Notes under the pieces: generated by a model | The model's input: only the letters and a program-made list of their open reading frames with translations | Told to the model about the DNA's origin: nothing | The model's database searches: none | NCBI GenBank assembly: GCA_902593475.1 | Contig: CACJIM010000001.1 | Coordinates: forward strand, 18,531-82,530 | DNA: 64,000 bases | Source: an uncultured Candidatus Actinomarina sp. | GTDB lineage: Bacteria > Actinomycetota > Acidimicrobiia > Actinomarinales > Actinomarinaceae | Reading direction: 5' to 3' | In this document: positions 57,741 through 64,000 of the stretch, in pieces | Layout of the letters: each line of letters starts with the position of its first letter | Position numbering within the stretch: the stretch's first letter is position 1 | Translations under genes and position numbers: made by a program

Positions 57741-57989
57741 GATATACGGTTGAACAAAATTAAATCCAACAATAAGGATTAGTGGTGATAAATCAATTCC
57801 AGCCATGCCTATTCGTAGCGCTGGAATTCTAGATCTAATTGGAGCAAGTATTCTCTCAAAGTATCTATCTAATACACTTTTAACTTGTCCAATAGGATGA
57901 TCATATGGTACCTGTATCCAACTTAGAATTATCCATGCAAAGAGTGAATAGTAAAATAATCGAAATAATAAATATGTAACACTACACAT
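57723..57989 (-). CDS. yggT: YggT-family membrane protein.
   Basis: About 88 aa, two TM. Position downstream of sepF. Confidence 0.75.
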   Translation of the reverse strand: MCSVTYLLFRLFYYSLFAWIILSWIQVPYDHPIGQVKSVLDRYFERILAPIRSRIPALRIGMAGIDLSPLILIVGFNFVQPYILRVVC

Positions 57990-58419
57990 TTATTTTATAC
58001 AAACCTAAATCTTGGAGTCTTTCTCTTTCTGTAGAACTCAATGAAGAATTTGATGGTAGTATCAAAAAAACACCATCACGATTTATTGATCTTATAGTTG
58101 AGTTGCTCATAAAAGCCATTCCTGTTACAAAATCTAAAATTCTTCTTCTCTCTTGTTGGTCAGGTATATCTCTTATATCCATTGCAACTGTAAATTCGTC
58201 TTTTATAGCAATTCCTAAATTATGAATTTCAGAGAATGATCTTAAAGCTTTAATTTCTACTTCATCTTTAGGTGAATGGACCCTAATGTCTCCAATATTT
58301 TCGTCATCAATAAATCTATTTTCTCCGGATGGCCTAACAGTAGTTTGTTGAGTTGACATAACTTCCTCTACAGACTCAGGCTGCTTTAATCCAATTGAGA
58401 TAAGAAATTTTTCTAACAT
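57982..58419 (-). CDS. sepF: Cell division protein SepF.
   Basis: The conserved C-terminal SepF domain (ILDFVTGMAFMSNSTIRSINRDGVFLILP) and synteny. Confidence 0.85.
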   Translation of the reverse strand: MLEKFLISIGLKQPESVEEVMSTQQTTVRPSGENRFIDDENIGDIRVHSPKDEVEIKALRSFSEIHNLGIAIKDEFTVAMDIRDIPDQQERRRILDFVTGMAFMSNSTIRSINRDGVFLILPSNSSLSSTERERLQDLGLYKINV

Positions 58420-59030
58420 TATGTAAATAGTTTAGTTCCTATACGAACTATTGTAGCACCGTAATCAAGTGCTACTTCGTAATCATTAGACATGCCCATT
58501 GAGAGTTCACCTTTGTAACTGTAATCCATAATTAATTTTTCATTTATTTGGTGCATTTCAGAAAAAATAGTCTTTGGATCAGAATTTATATCAGGGATTG
58601 TCATTAAGCCAACTACGGTAATTTTTTTCATTATGCAATATTCATAAAATTTAAAGACTTGATTTTGAGTCACTCCGCTTTTTTTTGGATCGTTGTCTAT
58701 ATTTACTTGAATTAAGTAATTACAGTCAATATCTAGTTTTTCAGATATATCGATTTCTTTTTCTCGTGAAATTGTATGTATGTATTTAAAGTTTTTAACA
58801 ATTTCTTTAAGTTTTCTGGATTGTATTGGAGCAATAAAATGATAATCAACATCTTTATAAACTGTTTTGTGCAAATTAAAGTCAGCTAATCTATTTTCGC
58901 CAAATTCTCTAAATCCAAATTCGTACAAAAATTTTATTTCTTCGTTTGTCCTGTTTTTAACTACTGGTAAAAGTTTTGCACCATAAGACATAACTTTTGA
59001 ATTAATTAATTCTAAGTTACTTATTTCCAT
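58419..59030 (-). CDS. yggS: PLP-homeostasis protein YggS/YlmE.
   Basis: LLPVVKNRT (PLP-Lys), FGENR, and C-terminal LSMGMSNDYEVALDYGATIVRIGT. Confidence 0.88.
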   Translation of the reverse strand: MEISNLELINSKVMSYGAKLLPVVKNRTNEEIKFLYEFGFREFGENRLADFNLHKTVYKDVDYHFIAPIQSRKLKEIVKNFKYIHTISREKEIDISEKLDIDCNYLIQVNIDNDPKKSGVTQNQVFKFYEYCIMKKITVVGLMTIPDINSDPKTIFSEMHQINEKLIMDYSYKGELSMGMSNDYEVALDYGATIVRIGTKLFT

Positions 59031-59608
59031 ATAACACCAAATTGTCTTGCGGAAGTTTTATTTTCTCTATAAGAATTGTAAGAACTGTTGCAGATTGTAC
59101 ATATTGACGATACTTCAATTTGAAAGCCTTCTTTTTCTGATAAATCTTTCAAGGCTTTTGACATATTTAAAAAGAACATCCCATCTCTTAGTTCGGTATA
59201 GTCATTAAAGTATTTTTTGACATCCTCTTTAACTTCATAGCAACATGACTGTGCATGCGGGCCAATAGAAATTGATAATTCATTTACATCAAATTTTTTG
59301 ATTGCTTTTTCTAATATATTTTTCTTTAAACCTCTCCACCCAGAATGAATAGCGCCTATTCTTTTTTTATCACTTAATAGAATTGGCATACAGTCAGCGG
59401 TTTGAACGACTAATCCTAACTTTGGCTCTTCTGTATAAATTCCATCAGAATCATATACTGCAGATGATTTCACAAAAGTGACTAGGTCTGAGTGTGTCTG
59501 ATTCATTGACGCAATGTATTCAATACCTGCATAGTCTTTTAAATTATTTACAGATTTAACACTCTTATCCGAAAATAAAGCCTTGGGAATTAATTTTGAT
59601 TCGATCAT
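59021..59608 (-). CDS. pgeF: Peptidoglycan editing factor / laccase-domain protein PgeF (YfiH/YlmD).
   Basis: QTHSD, DCMPIL, and HSGWRG motifs of DUF152. Confidence 0.85.
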   Translation of the reverse strand: MIESKLIPKALFSDKSVKSVNNLKDYAGIEYIASMNQTHSDLVTFVKSSAVYDSDGIYTEEPKLGLVVQTADCMPILLSDKKRIGAIHSGWRGLKKNILEKAIKKFDVNELSISIGPHAQSCCYEVKEDVKKYFNDYTELRDGMFFLNMSKALKDLSEKEGFQIEVSSICTICNSSYNSYRENKTSARQFGVIWK

Positions 59609-60669
59609 CCTTTAATAAAATCAGGAAGACCGTCACCTCCATTATTCTCAAATTCACTTGACTCTTTAACTCTTCTGTTTGGCCTAGGACCAAAACCTGC
59701 CGCTACAACAGTTACCTCTACAGCATCTCCAAGAGTTTCATCAATTGTATGTCCAAAGATAATTTCAGCATTATCATCGGCTTTTTCTGTAATTACTCTT
59801 GCAGCTTCATTTATTTCTTGAAGTTTCAAGTCTTCTGAACCAGTTATTGTTATAAGTACTCCCTCTGCACCATCCATTGTTGCTTCTAATAATGGTGAAG
59901 AAATTGCAGCCTGAGCAGCATTTGGAGCTCTTTGTTCTCCTGTTGATCTACCTATACCTAAAACTGCATTTCCTGCATCTTTTAAAATTGTTTTTACATC
60001 TGCAAAGTCGACATTAATTACTCCTGGTTGAGTGATTAATCCTGAAATCCCCTTAACACCGTTAGATAATATTTCATCTGACTTAAGATAAGCCTCGCTT
60101 GCTTTAATGTCTTTATCTGAAATTTGTAAAAGTCTGTCATTAGGAATCACAATAAGAGTGTCTAATACATCTCTTAATGCTTGGACTCCTTCTTCTGCTT
60201 GAACAGATCTTCTTCTACCTTCGAATCCAAAAGGTCTAGTTACAACTCCTACTGTAAGTGCACCCAGCTCATGTGCAATTTCTGCAATAATTGGTGATGC
60301 ACCAGTTCCAGTACCTCCGCCTTCGCCAGCAGTTATGAAAACCATGTCAGACCCTTTTAATGCTTCTTCAATAAGTTCACGTGAATCAATTGCAGCTTGT
60401 CTTCCAACTTCAGGATTTGCACCTGCACCAAGTCCACGAGTTGTTTTTCTACCTAAATCAAGTTTTAAATCAGCTTTGGATCCTAAAAGGCTCTGTGCAT
60501 CAGTGTTAGCTGCAACAAAATCTACACCTTTAATGCCCATTTTTATCATTCTGTTAACAGCATTTGTTCCACCGCCGCCAACACCAACAACTTTAATAAC
60601 AGCTGTGTAATTCCTAGGTCTCATATTTAAATTGACTCCTTTTTCTTTTGTAGTTCTTTTAGTTGCCAT
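59605..60669 (-). CDS. ftsZ: Cell division protein FtsZ.
   Basis: [13 protein letters not shown], the [10 protein letters not shown] tubulin signature, and a C-terminal DGLPDFI tail. Confidence 0.97.
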   Translation of the reverse strand: MATKRTTKEKGVNLNMRPRNYTAVIKVVGVGGGGTNAVNRMIKMGIKGVDFVAANTDAQSLLGSKADLKLDLGRKTTRGLGAGANPEVGRQAAIDSRELIEEALKGSDMVFITAGEGGGTGTGASPIIAEIAHELGALTVGVVTRPFGFEGRRRSVQAEEGVQALRDVLDTLIVIPNDRLLQISDKDIKASEAYLKSDEILSNGVKGISGLITQPGVINVDFADVKTILKDAGNAVLGIGRSTGEQRAPNAAQAAISSPLLEATMDGAEGVLITITGSEDLKLQEINEAARVITEKADDNAEIIFGHTIDETLGDAVEVTVVAAGFGPRPNRRVKESSEFENNGGDGLPDFIKG

Positions 60670-60767
60670 GTGTTAATCTCCATTCAATAAATAAACAATA
60701 TCATTGGTAGATGTTAAAAACAATATATTTTTTAAATTTTATCTATATCTATAGTTTAGATTTAGAT

Positions 60768-61466
60768 TTATGAACAATTCGCAATTATATCTTCTTTGCT
60801 GATAAAGCGTATTTCTCCCTGACAATCTGAGTTTTCGATGAGAGACCCTAATGCAGAAGATTTGCTTCCAAGATCTAATGGTTTTCCAAAGTCAATAAGG
60901 GTAGACCTATACTCCCCGATAAAAAATTCTCCGTTGTAGGTGAAGTTGAAAGAGTTAACGTCAAGATTGTAGCTTTTAAGTGTCATGATAAGTGATATCA
61001 TTTCCCCATTAAACCCTGTAGGTACAGGACCGTTAGTTATAGTAAGAGAAGGTATAAGAAATATTTCATCTGATTCAATTTCTATCATATTTTTATAAAG
61101 GGTACTTTTTTTAGGTACAGAGCCTCTTAAATCAGTAATAGTCATTATCTTGTCATACTCGTTCAATTCTATTGTTATTTTATTTGGATATTCTTTTGAA
61201 ATAATGATGCTTTCAATTGTTGGTATCTGCAGCATATTATCGGAAAAAGTATCACTATTAACTAACCAAATGGATTGACCTAAAGCCGGTTTAATTAAAT
61301 CAGCTTCATCAAATATCTCATAATTACCAAGTACTTCAACTTTGCTTACTCTAAAATAAGCAGAGTTCAAGGTAAATCCAGTATTTAAGATTATTAATAA
61401 AAAAAGACTAAATATTAAAAATGATCGAAAAGATACTTTCTCTTGTTCATTAAAATCAATTTCCAT
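60768..61466 (-). CDS. ftsQ: Cell division protein FtsQ (POTRA domain).
   Basis: N-terminal TM followed by the POTRA-like FRVSKVEVLGN. Position upstream of ftsZ. Confidence 0.75.
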   Translation of the reverse strand: MEIDFNEQEKVSFRSFLIFSLFLLIILNTGFTLNSAYFRVSKVEVLGNYEIFDEADLIKPALGQSIWLVNSDTFSDNMLQIPTIESIIISKEYPNKITIELNEYDKIMTITDLRGSVPKKSTLYKNMIEIESDEIFLIPSLTITNGPVPTGFNGEMISLIMTLKSYNLDVNSFNFTYNGEFFIGEYRSTLIDFGKPLDLGSKSSALGSLIENSDCQGEIRFISKEDIIANCS

Positions 61467-62327
61467 TTAGTTAAACTCACCAATAAACTGGATTTCTTCT
61501 TCGAGCATAACACCGTATTTATCATTTACCTTTTCTTTTACATGCTGTACCAATTTGTATAAAGACAAGGCCTTTGCTCCCTTCTTTGCGATAAAAAAGT
61601 TTGCATGTTTGCTACTAACACTTACATTGTTAATCGAATATCCTTTTAAGCCTGCTTTTTCAATTAACTCCCCTGCATAATACTCTTTAGTGTTTTTAAA
61701 CACACTTCCAGCGTTGTATATGCCTGGAGGTTGGCTTTTTTTTCTATTTTTATTGAATTCAGACATTTTCTCTGATATTTCTTTAAAATTTCCTTTTTCA
61801 AATTTTAAAATTGCTGACAATATAACTTTGTTGTTAAGATTGCTAGATTTTCTATAACTATAATTTATTGATTTGGGATCTAATTTAACAAGCTGTTTTT
61901 GATCTAAGTCATAACAATTGACTTCTACAACATTTCTTCCAATTTCATATCCATAAGCTCCAGCATTCATTTTTAATGCACCTCCAATAGAGCCTGGGAT
62001 ACCTAGTAAAAACTCTCCCCCTTCTAAACTTTCCTTTTTTAAATACCTTGACAAATCAGGTAAATACACACTGGAGCCAACTTCTAATGTGTTCTCATCG
62101 TTCAGTAAATTTATAAAATTAAAATCTGTTTGTAAAACATAACCTCTATATTCGCTGTCAGAAAATGCAATATTTGATCCTTTTCCAAGAACGAATGTGT
62201 TATTACTATTCATTTCTTCAGATATCTTGGAAAAATTATCTACATTATCTATAGTGATGAAGTTTTTACACAGACCACCAAATCTATATGTGGTTACCGA
62301 TGAAAGATTTACGCTACTAGTTTTCAT
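61467..62327 (-). CDS. murB: UDP-N-acetylenolpyruvoylglucosamine reductase.
   Basis: YRFGG..., GKGSNIAF, and GSVFKN motifs. Confidence 0.88.
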   Translation of the reverse strand: MKTSSVNLSSVTTYRFGGLCKNFITIDNVDNFSKISEEMNSNNTFVLGKGSNIAFSDSEYRGYVLQTDFNFINLLNDENTLEVGSSVYLPDLSRYLKKESLEGGEFLLGIPGSIGGALKMNAGAYGYEIGRNVVEVNCYDLDQKQLVKLDPKSINYSYRKSSNLNNKVILSAILKFEKGNFKEISEKMSEFNKNRKKSQPPGIYNAGSVFKNTKEYYAGELIEKAGLKGYSINNVSVSSKHANFFIAKKGAKALSLYKLVQHVKEKVNDKYGVMLEEEIQFIGEFN

Positions 62328-63636
62328 TTAAATATTTTAATATCTGAGGACCTAAAAGAGTAATATCTCCAGCTCCAATAGTTAGTACTGTATCTCCTGG
62401 AGAAATTTTGTTCTTCAAATAAGGAGGCACCATTCTAGGCGATTTTACATATTTGATCTTTTCACTTTCAAACATAAGACTAGAAACCCCTGGAATTGGC
62501 TTTTCTCCTGCTGAATATATGTCTGTAATAAGAGTCAAATCCGAGTATTCAAAAGATTTACTCAAATCATTAAAATTATCTCTGGTTCTTGTGTACCTAT
62601 GTGGTTGAAACACTACTATTAATTTTCCTTGTGTATGTTCCTTTAAAGCTTTCGTAGTTGCTTTGATTTCAGTTGGATGATGCCCATAATCATCATAAAA
62701 ATTAATACCATTAAATTCTCCAATGAACTCAGTTCTTCTTTTTACTCCAGTAAAATGTTCAATGGCATTCAAGCTTTGTTCTATTGATAATCCGTTCAAA
62801 TTTGCTAAAGCAATTGCTCCAATGATATTTGAAATAAAATGATCTCCTATTAACTTTGTTTTAATTTTGAATTTGTTTCCCTCAAACAGAAAGCTTGAAT
62901 AAGAATTTAATTTGTAATTAGAATCTTTAGAAGATGAGTAAGAAATATCTTCTGATCTTATTAATTTCGATAATTGATCATCATCAACATTAATTACGCA
63001 TTTACCTTCTACGTTTAAAATAACATGCTTAAAAGCTTTTACTAAATTTTCAAAAGATCCAAAATAATCAATATGATCATGATCTATATTTGTTACGAGT
63101 AAGTTTTTAATTTGAATATCTTTAAAAGTATTGAATGCTTCATCAGTTTCTAGTATTAAGGGAAGATTTTTATCACCGTAATGGCCACCTATTCCATTAA
63201 ATGAAGTAACACCACCGTATATATACGATATATCGATGTCATTAAATTTAAACATATGCGCAAGTAAGGCAGTTGTAGATGTTTTACCATGTGTTCCCGT
63301 TATTCCTATAACGTCAACAGATGCAGATAATAATTTTAAAAAATCTGGCCTTGTTAAAACATTAGGTTGTTTTACAAAATCACTTAAGAAAATAGATTCC
63401 ATATTTATTGCTGATGAAACAATATATAATGTTTCGCTGCTGTAAGTAGCATTAGAGATGTCAAAATCTACTTTTATACCATCGTTATTTAAAAGATTAG
63501 TAATATAAGAACTTCTTTGATCATATCCTGATACTTCTAAACCCTTTTGAAATAAATATTTTGCAATAGAGCTCATGCCAGAACCACCAATACCAACTAT
63601 GTAACATGATTTAAAAGTATTAATTGATATACTCAT
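62317..63636 (-). CDS. murC: UDP-N-acetylmuramate-L-alanine ligase.
   Basis: VGIGGSGMSSIAKYL and GITGTHGKTSTTALLA Mur ligase motifs. Confidence 0.93.
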   Translation of the reverse strand: MSISINTFKSCYIVGIGGSGMSSIAKYLFQKGLEVSGYDQRSSYITNLLNNDGIKVDFDISNATYSSETLYIVSSAINMESIFLSDFVKQPNVLTRPDFLKLLSASVDVIGITGTHGKTSTTALLAHMFKFNDIDISYIYGGVTSFNGIGGHYGDKNLPLILETDEAFNTFKDIQIKNLLVTNIDHDHIDYFGSFENLVKAFKHVILNVEGKCVINVDDDQLSKLIRSEDISYSSSKDSNYKLNSYSSFLFEGNKFKIKTKLIGDHFISNIIGAIALANLNGLSIEQSLNAIEHFTGVKRRTEFIGEFNGINFYDDYGHHPTEIKATTKALKEHTQGKLIVVFQPHRYTRTRDNFNDLSKSFEYSDLTLITDIYSAGEKPIPGVSSLMFESEKIKYVKSPRMVPPYLKNKISPGDTVLTIGAGDITLLGPQILKYLNEN

Positions 63637-64000
63637 AAATCTCCTTAGCTATAGATTGATTTCCAATCACTATTTTTGGTATATCTAAATTATTAGATTT
63701 AATTTTTACTGAAATTTCTGAAACTTTGCTTAATAACTCATCAAAAGAATTCACTTTAAATCCAAACTTCTTATTTTCTAAATACTTTGCATTCAAATCT
63801 TGGTGAGACGATGTGGTGCCATGCTTGTATGGGACTACTATTTGTGGAATACCTAAATAAGCAGCCTCAAGAGAACCTCCTCCTGCACGACCTACTAATA
63901 TATCTATATTTTTGTAAAAATCATCCATGTCATTTAAAAATTCATAACTTTTATAATTTTGAAGTTCTAATTTATTAGTATTCTTAGCTTTCCCTGTAAT
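63620..64000 (-). CDS. murG: UDP-N-acetylglucosamine transferase MurG. Partial: the N-terminus lies beyond the window end.
   Basis: The reading frame stays open upstream of the track Met. My translation of 63929-64000 gives ITGKAKNTNKLELQNYKSYEFLND, followed by MDDFYKNIDILVGRAGGGSLEAAYLGIPQIVVP, the MurG C-terminal Rossmann motif. Confidence 0.85.
   Translation of the reverse strand: MTGKAKNTNKLELQNYKSYEFLNDMDDFYKNIDILVGRAGGGSLEAAYLGIPQIVVPYKHGTTSSHQDLNAKYLENKKFGFKVNSFDELLSKVSEISVKIKSNNLDIPKIVIGNQSIAKEIYEYIN

Noticed and set aside
63620-63928. A stand-alone 102-aa ORF at the window edge.
   Set aside because: The frame remains open upstream to position 64000, and the upstream residues continue the MurG sequence. 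It is the C-terminal part of a murG gene truncated by the window, not a separate small gene.
2443-63978. Many 60-107-aa ORFs in the track lie inside or antisense to long, well-supported genes: 2443-2703, 7200-7439, 7988-8170, 12481-12753, 14091-14333, 15836-16039, 17592-17807, 20984-21205, 27183-27500, 27567-27776, 31165-31458, 31991-32227, 32531-32773, 33588-33776, 35395-35583, 36409-36591, 37578-37781, 38217-38456, 40652-40939, 41198-41494, 43045-43368, 43280-43498, 43667-43861, 44767-44994, 46204-46434, 47467-47703, 48913-49113, 49340-49543, 49914-50129, 50209-50436, 51102-51356, 54919-55110, 55732-55935, 60335-60610, 63236-63445 and 63787-63978.
   Set aside because: Each is fully or largely nested in a gene with strong family motifs. 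Their translations are low-complexity (Ser/Leu/Phe/Ile-rich) with no recognisable motifs. Shadow ORFs like these are expected in AT-rich DNA because the stop-poor antisense frames of AAN/GAN-rich genes stay open.
1-64000. Scanned for CRISPR arrays, rRNA operons, IS elements and long tandem or dispersed repeats.
   Set aside because: I saw no regularly spaced direct repeats, no rRNA-like GC-rich structured stretches and no transposase-like ORFs. The only GC-rich non-coding islands are the two tRNA genes and the hairpin at 744-772. Repeat detection by eye is limited, so a computational self-alignment would be needed for certainty.

Overview
The window is AT-rich (roughly one-third GC by eye) and very densely coded. 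About 78 protein genes and 2 tRNA genes fill 64 kb, and most same-strand neighbours are under 40 bp apart or overlap by 1-26 nt. ATGA-type stop/start overlaps occur at 5929-5932, 8238-8241, 14683-14686, 26687-26690, 30076-30079, 30843-30846, 37541-37544 and 59605-59608.

Content is almost entirely housekeeping, and gene order is characteristically actinobacterial:
- HAD-nadK-pyrG-xerD-scpAB-rluB-cmk-der
- trmI ... pafB/pafC-like-tatA-tatC-helY-like
- polA-rpsA-coaE-uvrB ... uvrC-rapZ ... pgk-tpiA-secG
- ileS / dksA-like-lspA-rluD-dnaE
- the dcw end: murG-murC-murB-ftsQ-ftsZ-pgeF-yggS-sepF-yggT

By inference only, low GC plus this synteny plus extreme compaction fits a streamlined low-GC actinobacterium, for example a marine Actinomarinales-like lineage.

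I found no CRISPR array, transposase, prophage, rRNA or obvious defence island, and no convincing novel multi-gene system. The points most worth a second look are:
1. A tRNA-Leu downstream of secG whose anticodon reads AAG (A34).
2. Synteny scars where blocks conserved in other actinobacteria are cleanly absent: Pup-proteasome genes between trmI and pafB, yvcK-whiA-gap between rapZ and pgk, divIVA after yggT, and recN between nadK and pyrG.
3. An overlapping uvrB-uvrA-uvrC operon.
4. An unlisted 56-aa TatA-like ORF, and a chain of tiny coupled membrane ORFs.
5. A double-palindrome leader and a GC-rich intercistronic hairpin in an ABC uptake operon.
6. A possibly leaderless ferredoxin gene preceded by a TGTC..GGTG element next to the PafBC-like regulators.

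All family assignments come from reading motifs in the supplied translations or my own translations. No database search was run.
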